A DNA stretch of 64,000 nt from Alphaproteobacteria bacterium (GTDB taxonomy: Bacteria > Pseudomonadota > Alphaproteobacteria > UBA828): contig CAXXMU010000006.1 of assembly GCA_963667785.2 (NCBI GenBank), positions 1,024,001 to 1,088,000 on the forward strand. Direction: 5' to 3'. The position numbers and the translations under genes are program-made. This document shows positions 44,101 through 53,905 of this stretch, one piece after another. How positions within the stretch are numbered: the stretch's first letter is position 1; every line of letters begins with the position of its first letter. Under the pieces are notes generated by a model. The model did not search any database. It was not told where the DNA came from and saw only the letters and a program-made list of their open reading frames with translations.

Positions 44101-45279
44101 TCAGTTCCGCAGGATCACGGAATCGCCCCAGACGGTCGCCCACTGCAGGGCTCGGGCGCCTGCGATCTGGCGCGGCCCGGCCTCGCCGCGCAACTGGCGC
44201 ACCATCTCGCAGAGCGAGTTCCAGCCGGCGACGTGGGCCTCGGAGAGCAGGCCGCCGGAGCTGTTGACCGGCAGCGCGCCGCCGGGGCCGATGCGGCCCC
44301 CCTGCACGAAGGCCGCCGCCTCCCCCGGCGCGCAGAAGCCGAAGCGCTCCAGCACGAACAGGACGAGCGGCGAGAAGGCGTCGTAGGTGTAGAGGCCCTG
44401 GATCGTCTCGCGCGGGATGCCGGCCGAGCGGTAGACGGCGAGGTCGCGCTCGGCCGGCTGCTCCGGTCGCACGCCCGCCTGCTGGTTGATGCCGAGACCC
44501 GGCGGCGCGAAGATGAACTCGTCGCGGCCTGCGCGCATGCCCTGCATGCCGGCGACGAGGACGGGCCGCTGCCTCAGGTCTCGGGCGCGCTCGGCGGTCG
44601 TCACCAGCACCACGGCCGCCCCGTCGCTGACGATGCAGCAGTCGAAGAGCCGGAGCGGGTCCACCACCATGCGCGAGGCCTGATGGTCGGCGACGCTCAT
44701 GGGCTTTCGCATCACCGCGCCGGGGCTCAGCCGCGCATGCGCCCGGAGCGCCACCGGCACTGCGGCAAGCTCCGCGCTGGTCGCACCGTAAAGCGCCATG
44801 TAGCACTGCATGGCAAGCGCGGCGCCGCCGGCGGGCGCGGTCAGCCCGTAGTGCGGGGTCTCCGCATGGGTGCCGCCGGTCTCGCGATAGCCCTCGAAGT
44901 CGTGCGGGCCGCCGAGGATGTCGCGCTCGCGGGTGAAGCTCAGCACGTTCACGCAGGCGACGACCGTGGCCATGCCGCAGGCCACCGCCATCGCCGCCGT
45001 CTGCAGGCTGCCGGTGACGAAACGGCCGTGGGTCCAGGCCTGGTTGACGAAGCCGATCTCGAGGCCGAAGGCCTGGGCGACCTGGTCGTAGTCGACGCCG
45101 AGGGGCCAGCCGATGTGGATGGAGAGCCCGTCGACGTCGCCCCGCTCGAGCCCTGCGTCGGCGAGCGCCGCCTTGAAGGCGGCGGCCGCGAGCGCGAGCT
45201 GGCTCTCGGGCAGGTGGCGGCCAAAGCGGCTGGTGCCGATGCCGACGATCGCCGCCCTGTCGCGCAGCGCCTCCGTCAT
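44101..45279 (-). CDS. SCP2-type thiolase-superfamily protein (Ltp2-like, no N-terminal nucleophile Cys)
   Basis: AIVGIG, LFDCCIVSDGAA, YDAFSP, NSSGGLLSEAH. Confidence 0.85.
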   Translation of the reverse strand: MTEALRDRAAIVGIGTSRFGRHLPESQLALAAAAFKAALADAGLERGDVDGLSIHIGWPLGVDYDQVAQAFGLEIGFVNQAWTHGRFVTGSLQTAAMAVACGMATVVACVNVLSFTRERDILGGPHDFEGYRETGGTHAETPHYGLTAPAGGAALAMQCYMALYGATSAELAAVPVALRAHARLSPGAVMRKPMSVADHQASRMVVDPLRLFDCCIVSDGAAVVLVTTAERARDLRQRPVLVAGMQGMRAGRDEFIFAPPGLGINQQAGVRPEQPAERDLAVYRSAGIPRETIQGLYTYDAFSPLVLFVLERFGFCAPGEAAAFVQGGRIGPGGALPVNSSGGLLSEAHVAGWNSLCEMVRQLRGEAGPRQIAGARALQWATVWGDSVILRN

Positions 45280-46868
45280 CTCGCCTCGTCCGCGGCGAAG
45301 AACTCGGCGAGGCGGGCCTTCTGCAGCTTGCCGGTGGTGGTGAGCGGCAGATCGCCCGCGCCAACGAAGCGGTACTCCCGCGGCACCTTGTAGGCGGCGA
45401 GGCGCTCGGCGCAGTGGGCGATGAGCGCGTCGGCCGATAGCGCGGCGCCTTCGCGCAGCACGATGACCGCGGCGACACGCTGGTCGCGTTCCGGGTCCGA
45501 GAGCCCGATCGCGTAGGCGAGCTCCACCTCGGGCACCTCGCGGAGCACCGCCTCCACCTCGGCCGGCGAGACGTTGATTCCGCCCGACTTGATCAGCTCC
45601 TTGAGCCGTCCGCGAAAGTGCAGGAAGCCGTCCTCGTCGAGCATCCCGAGGTCGCCGGTGCGGAACCAGCCGTCGTGAAAGGCCCGCGCGTCCTCCGCCG
45701 GGTCCTTGTAGTAGCCGACCGTGACATAGCCCCGGACCAGGATCTCGCCGACCGAGCCCGCAGGCAGCGGCGCGAGGCTCTCGGGGTCCGCGATCGCGAT
45801 CTCCATGCCCGGCAGCGGCCGGCCGACGGTCTCGAGGCGCTTCTCCAACGGGTCGTCCGCGTCGGTGACCGTGCAGTTGCCGTAGGTCTCGGTCAGCCCG
45901 TAGATGTTGCAGATCTCGGCGACCCCGAGGTCGATCAGGCGCCTGACCTGCTCGGGCGAGCCCAGCGTCGCCCCGGTGCGGAGCGAGGAGATGTCGCGCT
46001 CGGGCCGCTCGGGATGGCGCTCCAGCGCGTGCACCATGTTGGGCGTGCCGTAGAAGACGGTGCAGCGCTCGGCCTCGATCAGGCGCAGCGCCTCCGCGGC
46101 GTCGAAATGCTCCTGCAGCACGATGCAGCCCGCGTGGGTGAGGACCGCGAAGAGCGCGTTCTCGCAGCCCAGCCCCCAGAAGAGCGAGACCGCGAGCCAG
46201 AGCCTGTCGCCCGGGCGTAGATGCTGGCGCTCGCCGATATTCCACATGTTCTCGATCAGCACGTAGTGCTGGAGCTGCACCCCCTTGGGCAGCGCCGTGG
46301 AGCCCGAGGTGTAGAGCAGGTAGGCGACATCCTCGGGCCGGACGGCGGCCCGGGCGCGGTCCGCCGCCGCGTCGTCGACGGCCTCCCCCCGGTCCCGCAG
46401 CTCCGCGAAGGGCAATGCCGGATGGTCGCCGTGCATCTCGCCGACGCACAGGACTTCCCGAACGCCGGCGAGCGCATCGCCCTCGCGGGCGAGCGCGGCG
46501 AGGGTGTCCAGATAGTCGTGCCTGAGGAAGCGTTCGACGGTGATGAGAAACCTGGTGTCCGAATGGACGAGCAGGTGGGCCAGCTCGCGCCGGGTCGCCC
46601 AGGTGTTGATCGCCACCATGATGCCGCCCAGCAGCGTTATCGCGAACGCGGCGAGGATCCACTCGGGCCGGTTGCCCATGAGCAGCGCCACCTTGTCGCC
46701 GCGCCTGACGCCGAGCGCGTGCAGCCCCTTGGCGAGCACGCGCACCTCGTCCCGCAGCGCGCGATAGGTGAGTCGGGTGCCGCCGCCGACCAGCGCCTCG
46801 TGCTCGGGGTAGCGCGCCGCCAGCTCGTCGAGCAGGGCCGGGATCGTCTTCGCGTCTGGCGGGCGCAT
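45276..46868 (-). CDS. Acyl-CoA synthetase (AMP-binding)
   Basis: YTSGSTALPKG, YGLTE, TGDLG, GRLKELIKSGG, TGK. Confidence 0.92.
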   Translation of the reverse strand: MRPPDAKTIPALLDELAARYPEHEALVGGGTRLTYRALRDEVRVLAKGLHALGVRRGDKVALLMGNRPEWILAAFAITLLGGIMVAINTWATRRELAHLLVHSDTRFLITVERFLRHDYLDTLAALAREGDALAGVREVLCVGEMHGDHPALPFAELRDRGEAVDDAAADRARAAVRPEDVAYLLYTSGSTALPKGVQLQHYVLIENMWNIGERQHLRPGDRLWLAVSLFWGLGCENALFAVLTHAGCIVLQEHFDAAEALRLIEAERCTVFYGTPNMVHALERHPERPERDISSLRTGATLGSPEQVRRLIDLGVAEICNIYGLTETYGNCTVTDADDPLEKRLETVGRPLPGMEIAIADPESLAPLPAGSVGEILVRGYVTVGYYKDPAEDARAFHDGWFRTGDLGMLDEDGFLHFRGRLKELIKSGGINVSPAEVEAVLREVPEVELAYAIGLSDPERDQRVAAVIVLREGAALSADALIAHCAERLAAYKVPREYRFVGAGDLPLTTTGKLQKARLAEFFAADEAR

Positions 46869-47101
46869 GGCGCGGGTCTCTCCGCGTGTTGGATCGGCAC
46901 GGGCTTCCCGGACCATAGACCGGGGGCCGGGGCGGGTGAACCTGCCGCGCATCCTGCCGCACGCGCGCCCTAGGTCTCGGATCGCATACGACATAAGCTA
47001 TGCGGCCGAACGATCCCGCGCGGGCATCCCGCGAGCGGGGTGGGGATGCTTGCGCGGTGGATTGGCGGCGCGACGACACAGGAAGTGGAGGACCGGTGAC
47101 G

Positions 47102-49156
47102 ATGAATGACGTGTCGAGGGTGGCCGTTCGGGTCGCGTGCGATGTCGGCGGAACGTTTACCGACGTGTGCGTTCTGGACCAGGAGACCGGCCAGATGCGC
47201 GTCGCCAAGACGCCGACGACGCCCGACCCGATCGACGGCGTGCTCAACGGCATCGAGGCCGGCGGGGTGGACCTCCGCGACATGGTGCTCTTCGCCCACG
47301 GCACCACGCTCGCCACCAACGCGCTGATCACGCGCAACTTCCCGCCGGCCATCATGGTGACCACGAAGGGCTTCCGCGACGTGATCGAGATCCGGCGCGG
47401 CACCCGCGACGATCTGTGGGACACCTACAAGGAGATGGCGCCGCCTTACATCAAGCGCCGCGACCGGCTGGTCGTCACCGAGCGCATCGACTACAGCGGC
47501 GCCATCATCGAGCCGGTGAACGAGGCCGAGGCCCGCGAGGCCGCCCGCATCATCAACAAGCGGGGCGTGAAGACCATCGCCGTCTGCTTCGCCAACGCCT
47601 TCGCCAACCCCGAGAACGAGCGGCGGATGCGCGACATCCTCGAGGAAGAGGTGCCGGGCGCCTCGATCTCGCTCTCGAGCGAGATCATGCCCGAGATCTT
47701 CGAGCACGAGCGCTTCTCGACGACGGTGGCGAACGCGGTGCTGGCGCCGGTCGCCGGAGAGTATGTGGGTCGGCTCGCCACGCGGCTCCGCGAAGGCGGC
47801 TACGAGGAGGACATCCTGCTGCTGCATTCCGGCGGCGGGGTGATGACCGAGAGCACGGCGTCCAAGTTCGCGGCCAGGCTCGCCGCCTCGGGCATCGCGG
47901 CGGGCGCCATCGCGAGCCGCTTCGTCGCCCAGCTCGCGGGCTACGAGAACTCGATCAGCCTCGACATGGGCGGTACCAGCACCGACGTCTCGCTCTGCGA
48001 CCGGGGCAACCTCAGGGTGACCACCGACTGGTACGTGCAGTACGGCTATCCCATCTGCTTCCCCAGCATCGAGGTGCTGACCATCGGCGCCGGCGGCGGC
48101 TCGCTCGCCTGGATCGACGAGGCGAACTCGCTCCGCAACGGGCCGCAGTCGGCCGGGTCCTCTCCGGGGCCGGCCTGCTACGGGCGGGGCGGCGTGGAGC
48201 CCACCAACTCCGACGCCAACATCGTCCTCGGGCGCATCAGCGACCGGCTCGCGGGCGGCGCCGTCACGCTCGATCGCGCGCTCGCCGAGGAGGCCATCAA
48301 GCGCCGCGTCGCCGACCCGCTCGGGCTCTCGGTGCAGGAGGCCGCGGTCTCGATCCTCCAGGTGGCGAACGCCAACATGGCCGACGCCGTGCGCCTGGTC
48401 TCGATCCGGCGCGGCTACGACCCGCGCGACTTTGCGTTGACCGTGTTCGGCGGGGCCGGCCCGCTGCACGGTGTGGCGCTGGCCCGTGACCTCTCGATCC
48501 CGACCGTGCTGGTGCCGCCGAACCCGGGCGTCACGTCTGCGCTCGGCTGCCTGCTGGTCGACATCAAGCACGACATGTCGCAGATGTACCTGCGCTCTAC
48601 CGAAGACGCGAAGATCGAGGAGATCGAGCAGACCTTCAGCGCGCTCGAGGACGAGGGCCGCCAGCGGCTCCTGCACGAGGGCGTGACCGAGGATCGCATG
48701 CAGTTCGAGCGCTTCGTCGACATGCGCTATCTCGGCCAGTGGCGCTCCATGTCGATCAAGGTGGACGCGAGCGCGGGCTCGCTCGATGCGGCGATCGCCC
48801 AGTTCCACGAGGAGCACGGCCGCGAGCACAACTATTCGAGGCCCGACGCGCCGGTCGAGATCTACCGCCTCACCGTCACCGCCACCGGCCTCTCGCAGAA
48901 GGCGGAGTTCGCCAAGGAGGAGATGGACCGCTCGGCGCCGAGCCCGGCAAGCCGGCGGCCGGTCGTCTTCGACGAAGAGCCGACGCCGATCGACACCCCG
49001 ATCTACGACCGCGATACGCTGCACGCAGGTGCGGTGATCGAAGGGCCGGCGATCATCGAGCAGCTGGATTCCACGGTGCTGGTGCCGCCCGGCCTCAAGG
49101 CCGAGGTCGACCCCTGGCACACCATCGTCATGCACATTCCGCAGGCCGAAGGCTGA
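47102..49156 (+). CDS. Hydantoinase A/oxoprolinase family, ATP-binding subunit
   Basis: DVGGTFTD, HGTTLATN, DMGGTSTD, GAGGGS, FGGAGPLH. Confidence 0.93.
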   Translation: MNDVSRVAVRVACDVGGTFTDVCVLDQETGQMRVAKTPTTPDPIDGVLNGIEAGGVDLRDMVLFAHGTTLATNALITRNFPPAIMVTTKGFRDVIEIRRGTRDDLWDTYKEMAPPYIKRRDRLVVTERIDYSGAIIEPVNEAEAREAARIINKRGVKTIAVCFANAFANPENERRMRDILEEEVPGASISLSSEIMPEIFEHERFSTTVANAVLAPVAGEYVGRLATRLREGGYEEDILLLHSGGGVMTESTASKFAARLAASGIAAGAIASRFVAQLAGYENSISLDMGGTSTDVSLCDRGNLRVTTDWYVQYGYPICFPSIEVLTIGAGGGSLAWIDEANSLRNGPQSAGSSPGPACYGRGGVEPTNSDANIVLGRISDRLAGGAVTLDRALAEEAIKRRVADPLGLSVQEAAVSILQVANANMADAVRLVSIRRGYDPRDFALTVFGGAGPLHGVALARDLSIPTVLVPPNPGVTSALGCLLVDIKHDMSQMYLRSTEDAKIEEIEQTFSALEDEGRQRLLHEGVTEDRMQFERFVDMRYLGQWRSMSIKVDASAGSLDAAIAQFHEEHGREHNYSRPDAPVEIYRLTVTATGLSQKAEFAKEEMDRSAPSPASRRPVVFDEEPTPIDTPIYDRDTLHAGAVIEGPAIIEQLDSTVLVPPGLKAEVDPWHTIVMHIPQAEG

Positions 49157-49178
49157 CGCAGAGAGCGAGGAAGAAGAG

Positions 49179-51194
49179 ATGAGCAAGAACGGTGAAGGCT
49201 ACACGCTCGACCCCGTGACCTTCGAGGTGCTCAAGAACGCCTACGTCAACATCGTCGACCAGATGGCCGAGCAGATCTTCCGCACCTGCTACTCCTTCGT
49301 CATCTGGTCGCGGGATTTCTCGTCCGCCATCTGCGACACCGAGGGCAACACGATCATGCAGGGCTCGGGCGACATCGCCGCCCACGTGGGCACGCTGCAC
49401 TACACGGCCCAGGCCGTCATCAACAAGTTCGGCGACGACATCCACCCCGGCGATACCTTCGTCGTCAACGACGTCTACCAGGGCGGCACCCACTTCAACG
49501 ACACGCGCATCGTCCGCCCCATCTTCTACAAGGGCATTCATCTGGGCTTCTCGCAGGCCAACGGCCACTGGGCCGATGTGGGCGGCGCGGTGCCGGGCTC
49601 GTTCAATGTCAGCGCGCTCGACCACATGGCCGAGGGGCTGCGCATCACGCCGGTCCGCGTCTACAGCAAGGGCGAATACCTCTCCGACGTGGCCGAGCTG
49701 ATCGCCAACAACACCCGCGCGCCGGCCGACATCATCGGCGACCTGCAGGCCCAGGCCGAGGCCTGCAACGTGGCCGAGCGGGAGATCGGCCGGCTCTGCG
49801 ACAAGTACGGCGTCGACGTGATCCAGACCTCCTTCGCCGAGGTACAGGACTATGTGGAGACGCTCACCCGTCAGCGCATCGCCAGGCTGCCTGACGGCGT
49901 CTGGGAGACGGAGGACTATATCGACGTGGACCCGGTCGCCGGCGAGGGGCTGATCCCGATCCGCATCAAGATGACCATCGACGGCGACGGCGTGCACTAC
50001 GACCTCTCCGGCTCGCACCCGAAGACGATCTCGACCTTCCTCAACTGCTGCTACGGCGGCGCGTTCGCGGCGATCGTCGCCGGCACCAAGATGCAGTCGC
50101 CCGACATCCCGCTGAACTCCGGCTTCTACCGCGTCGTCACCGTCGATCTCGGGCCGAAGGGGACCGTGGTCAACGCCGACTGGCCGACGCCTGTCGCGGG
50201 CTTCTGCTCGGGCCCGTTCGAGAAGATCATGAACTCGGTATTCGAACTCTGGGCCGAGATCCTGCCCGAGCGCGCCATGGCGTGCACCTTCAACCTCGAA
50301 TACCTGCTGATCGGCGGCCGCGACGGCCGCAAGGAGGATCGCCCCTACTTCATGTGGTACGACTGGATGGTCGGCGGCTGGGGCGCCCGCAACGGCCGCG
50401 ACGGCTGGGGCGCGACGGGGCCGGTCTTCGGCGTCCAGCTCGGCACCCAGCCCTTCGAGGGGCAGGAGCGGCTGGCCCCGGTGCTGACCACGGGCCACGA
50501 GCTCATCGTCGATTCCGGCGGTCCCGGCAACTCGCGGGGCGGCCTCGGCGTCGAGAAGGGCGCGATCCTGACCAAGGCGGAACGCTCCGTGGTCTCCTAC
50601 TGCTGCGACCGCGAGCGTTCGGTGACCTGGGGGCTGTGGGGCGGCCTGCCCTCGATCCCGCACGGGGTCTGGGTCAATCCGGGCACCCAGGGCGAGCGCT
50701 ATCTGGGCTCGATCTTCTCGGGCGTGCCGGTGGAGGCGGGCGACACCGTGACGCGGCCGTCCGCCGGCGGCGGCGGTCTCGGCGACCCGCTCACCCGCGA
50801 GCCTGCGACGGTGTGCGAGGACGTGGCGGACGGCTACGTCTCCATCGAGCGGGCGCGGAAGGACTACGGCGTCGTGGTCCGCGAGATCGACGCCGACCTC
50901 GCCGAATACGAGGTCGACGAGGCGGCGACCGAGGCCGAGCGCGAGCGCATCCGCACCCAGCGCCACGCCTGGCTCGACGTGGACGCCGAGGACATTGCGG
51001 CCAAGTACCGCAGCAAGGAGCTGGACGCGCTCGACCTGATCCGGCAGTACGGCGTGATCGTCGACTGGGGCACTGGCGAGCTCCTGCCCACCACCACCCG
51101 GCAGTTCCGCGACATGCTGCGCCGCCGCACCGCGGCCCACTGGGAGGTGCCGGGCCAGGCCCGCAACGAGCAGCCGACGCTCCGCGTCGCCTGA
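49179..51194 (+). CDS. Hydantoinase B/oxoprolinase family subunit
   Basis: RDFSSAI, NDVYQGGTHFND, HWADVGG, DSGGPG, GGGGLGDP. Confidence 0.93.
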   Translation: MSKNGEGYTLDPVTFEVLKNAYVNIVDQMAEQIFRTCYSFVIWSRDFSSAICDTEGNTIMQGSGDIAAHVGTLHYTAQAVINKFGDDIHPGDTFVVNDVYQGGTHFNDTRIVRPIFYKGIHLGFSQANGHWADVGGAVPGSFNVSALDHMAEGLRITPVRVYSKGEYLSDVAELIANNTRAPADIIGDLQAQAEACNVAEREIGRLCDKYGVDVIQTSFAEVQDYVETLTRQRIARLPDGVWETEDYIDVDPVAGEGLIPIRIKMTIDGDGVHYDLSGSHPKTISTFLNCCYGGAFAAIVAGTKMQSPDIPLNSGFYRVVTVDLGPKGTVVNADWPTPVAGFCSGPFEKIMNSVFELWAEILPERAMACTFNLEYLLIGGRDGRKEDRPYFMWYDWMVGGWGARNGRDGWGATGPVFGVQLGTQPFEGQERLAPVLTTGHELIVDSGGPGNSRGGLGVEKGAILTKAERSVVSYCCDRERSVTWGLWGGLPSIPHGVWVNPGTQGERYLGSIFSGVPVEAGDTVTRPSAGGGGLGDPLTREPATVCEDVADGYVSIERARKDYGVVVREIDADLAEYEVDEAATEAERERIRTQRHAWLDVDAEDIAAKYRSKELDALDLIRQYGVIVDWGTGELLPTTTRQFRDMLRRRTAAHWEVPGQARNEQPTLRVA

Positions 51195-51211
51195 GTGCCT
51201 CGACTGGGCCC

Positions 51212-51904
51212 GTGCGCACCGTCCTGGTCACGGGTGCCGACCGCGGCATCGGCCACGCGCTCTGCCGCGCCTGTCACGCGCGCGGCGATACGGTCGTCGC
51301 GGCCTGCCTGGATGATTCGGAGGAACTAAGGGCGCTCGACATCCGGGTCGAGCCCGGCATCGACGTGACCTCCGACGACGCGGTGCGGAGCTTGGCCGAG
51401 AGCCTCACGCGCACCGGCACGACGCTCGACGTTCTCATCAACAATGCCGGGATCGCCGGCCCCGACCATGTATTGGGCGCGCTCGACTACGACGACATCC
51501 GCCGGCAGATCGAGGTGAACGCGCTCGGGCCCCTTCGCGTGACCGAGGCCTTGCTGGAGCGGCTCAAGCCGGGATCGACGGTCGCCTTCATCACCAGCCG
51601 CATCGGCTCGCTCGGCGACAACCACTCGGGCGGGCTCTACGGCTACCGCATCTCCAAGTGCGCCGCCAACATGGTCGCGGTCAACCTCGCCCACGATCTG
51701 GCGACGCGCGGCATCGGCGCGGTAGTGCTGCACCCCGGCATGGTGGCGACCGCCATGACCTTCGACGACGAGCGCGCAGAGGCGCGGCCGCCGGAGGAAG
51801 CCGCCGCCGCGCTGATCGAGCGGATCGAGCGGGCCGGCCAGGCGGAGCCGGGCGCGCCGCCCGCCTTCTGGCACGCGCCCGAGCGCACGATCATCCCGTG
51901 GTGA
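51212..51904 (+). CDS. SDR, CsgA/C-factor-like
   Basis: TGADRGIG, INNAG, YRISK, LHPGMVAT. Confidence 0.88.
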   Translation: MRTVLVTGADRGIGHALCRACHARGDTVVAACLDDSEELRALDIRVEPGIDVTSDDAVRSLAESLTRTGTTLDVLINNAGIAGPDHVLGALDYDDIRRQIEVNALGPLRVTEALLERLKPGSTVAFITSRIGSLGDNHSGGLYGYRISKCAANMVAVNLAHDLATRGIGAVVLHPGMVATAMTFDDERAEARPPEEAAAALIERIERAGQAEPGAPPAFWHAPERTIIPW

Positions 51905-51944
51905 CGACCTTGCGCTAAGCGCGCACCGCGATTTCGGAGACGAA

Positions 51945-52052
51945 CCCCCACTTCACCCCGCCCCTCTCCGCCCCCAGGGGCAGAGAGGGAGAGCACGCTG
52001 TTGCAATCGCGTTCCCCCTCCGCCTTCGGGGGAGGGGGACAGGGGGAGGTGG
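51945..52052. repeat. Double-hairpin palindromic intergenic element (REP/RPE-like)
   Basis: CCCTCTCCGCCCCC/GGGGCAGAGAGGG and TCCCCCTCC/GGAGGGGGA hairpins, enclosed by CCACTTC...GGAGGTGG. Confidence 0.7.
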
Positions 52053-52091
52053 AGTGTGTCGTATGTGCGCGACGCTGGATGCGCACGCTAC

Positions 52092-53081
52092 CTAGGCGTC
52101 CAGGCCGAGGCTCCGGTGGAAGGCCTCGACCGCGCCGATGGCGGCATCCGCCGCGTCGTCCTGCTCCGGCAGGGCATCGCAGTAGGTGGCGACCGCTTGC
52201 TGCGCGAGCGGCATCCACTTCCCGATCCAGCCCCGGATCACGTCGGCATTGCCCTCCTGCTCCAGTGAGAACGCGACGAGGGCGGCGCTCCAGCGGCGCG
52301 AGCGCTCGCTGTCCCGCATCTGGTTGTCGGCGAGCAGGCCGAGGAGCCCGTCGTCGGAGCGACGCGCGACACGGCCGAGCTGCCGGTGCGCCTCGTCGGC
52401 GGCCGGCTTCGCCACCAGATTGAGCGCGACGAAGTGCTCGCCCCAGTCGTAGGTGGCGAGCGTCTTCTCCAGGAGCTCGCGGAAGCCCTGCCAGGCGGGC
52501 GCCGATTCCCAGGTCTGCCGCTCCGTCTCCCCGAACCCGCGCGCAGGGTGCGCGCGCTGGAGCTCGCGCGCCCGATAGGCGCAGCGGGAGAGCCAGCGGA
52601 ACTCGTCGCCGTCCTGGAAGCCGGCGCAGGCCGTCACCGTGCTGGCCGGCGCGATCTGCACCAGGTAGGCCGCGCCCATCTGCAGCGCCATCTGCAGGAA
52701 GCGCCGGGGCGTGTAGAGCCGCTCCAGCACGTCGAGCCAGGCGGCAGACAGCGTCCCGTCGTGGCCGATCTCGTCGTGCTCGTCGAGCAGGCCGTCGACG
52801 TACTGCTCCTGCTGATCCTGGATCCGCGTGTAGACGCGGTAGATCATCTCGTCCGGGTCGCGAAAGCCCTCCCAGTCCGGGTGCTGCAGCGGGCTTTCCG
52901 AGACGTGACGCTTGTAGAACTCGTTCATGCCCAAGAGCGGCGCGGGCGAGAGCTCGTAGGCCTGGTCGGGATGGCGCGTGCGGGTCTGCAGGTTGGTGGT
53001 GACGACCTCGTACTCGCTCGGCCGCCGCCGCTTCCTGGCGAGGCCGCTCCACGTCTTCATGCCTTTGACTTCGACCGTCAC
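52092..53081 (-). CDS. Soluble di-iron monooxygenase hydroxylase beta subunit (TmoE/IsoE-like)
   Basis: KTWSGL...RPSEYEVV, FRDPDEMIYRVY, WQGFRELLEK, DWGE. Confidence 0.92.
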   Translation of the reverse strand: MTVEVKGMKTWSGLARKRRRPSEYEVVTTNLQTRTRHPDQAYELSPAPLLGMNEFYKRHVSESPLQHPDWEGFRDPDEMIYRVYTRIQDQQEQYVDGLLDEHDEIGHDGTLSAAWLDVLERLYTPRRFLQMALQMGAAYLVQIAPASTVTACAGFQDGDEFRWLSRCAYRARELQRAHPARGFGETERQTWESAPAWQGFRELLEKTLATYDWGEHFVALNLVAKPAADEAHRQLGRVARRSDDGLLGLLADNQMRDSERSRRWSAALVAFSLEQEGNADVIRGWIGKWMPLAQQAVATYCDALPEQDDAADAAIGAVEAFHRSLGLDA

Positions 53082-53170
53082 GGTACTGCTCCCTAGTGTC
53101 CTGCTTTGAAGTTAATTCCCACTCAGTCGGGCTCGTGAGCGATCCCTCCAACTGCGGTTTTCTTACACAT

Positions 53171-53260
53171 CGTCATGCCCGGACTCGTTCCGGGCATCCA
53201 CGTTCTTTGCCCCCGCTGCACGAAAACTCGTGGATGGCCGGGACAAGCCCGGCCATGACG
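53171..53260. repeat. Palindromic intergenic element (alphaproteobacterial RIME/RPE-like)
   Basis: CGTCATGCCCGGACTCGTTCCGGGCATCCACG...CGTGGATGGCCGGGACAAGCCCGGCCATGACG. Confidence 0.8.
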
Positions 53261-53304
53261 AGTTGGGGGCGGCGCACAAGGATGGAGACTTCCGGAACGG
53301 GTCA

Positions 53305-53598
53305 CTAGCGCGCGACGAACCGGATGCCGTCCGGCTCGGTGCGGATGAACCCTGCGAAGCTCGGCATGTTCGCCTCGATGTCGCCGCGGGTGACGGTGCG
53401 GCCCAGCACGTCGCCCACCGTCTCGAAGCGCACGAAGCACTCGTCCGCGACCTTGATGCGGACATAGGACGCGTGCGCCTCGGTGATGACCTCGCGCCCC
53501 TCGCTCTCCTCCTGGATCGCCTCGAGCACCGCGTCCGCGATCTCGCCCGCGCGCATCACGGGGCCCACGAGGTTGCCGGCGTCGTCTGCCGTCGTCAT
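53305..53598 (-). CDS. Monooxygenase effector/coupling protein (TmoD/MmoB/DmpM family)
   Basis: VGPVMRAG, SYVRI, MPSFAGFI; GGAGGAG RBS. Confidence 0.92.
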   Translation of the reverse strand: MTTADDAGNLVGPVMRAGEIADAVLEAIQEESEGREVITEAHASYVRIKVADECFVRFETVGDVLGRTVTRGDIEANMPSFAGFIRTEPDGIRFVAR

Positions 53599-53629
53599 GC
53601 TCGTCTCCTCCTCCCCGGCCGAGGCCCGC

Positions 53630-53890
53630 TCAGCCGGCGCGGTAGATTTCGACGGACTCCATCTCGACGAAGCCCGCATCCGCGATGGTGAGCCCATCCG
53701 GCAGTGCCTCGTCGCTGCCCTGGAGACGCACCTTGAGGATCGCGTCGGACGGGAAGGGCGCCACCAGGACGCCCGCGACCTGGTCCGCCACCTTCCCCGC
53801 CAGCTCCGCCATGGTGTCGCCGGTATCGAAGACCTGCACCTTGTAGCCGTAGTCGCCCTCGAGCAGGACGGCGAGCGGAATGTCGGCCAT
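53630..53890 (-). CDS. Monooxygenase hydroxylase gamma subunit (TmoB-like)
   Basis: IPL...EGD, DTMAELA, TIADAG; 86 aa, directly after the alpha subunit. Confidence 0.88.
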   Translation of the reverse strand: MADIPLAVLLEGDYGYKVQVFDTGDTMAELAGKVADQVAGVLVAPFPSDAILKVRLQGSDEALPDGLTIADAGFVEMESVEIYRAG

Positions 53891-53905
53891 CGCAACTGCC
53901 CCCGT

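Noticed and set aside
44101-47424. Apparent giant N-terminal extensions (1107-aa thiolase, 1018-aa permease, 825-aa PanB-like, 687-aa C45)
   Set aside because: The extensions overlap real neighbouring genes in other frames; internal starts with an RBS or stop-start overlap explain the true genes.
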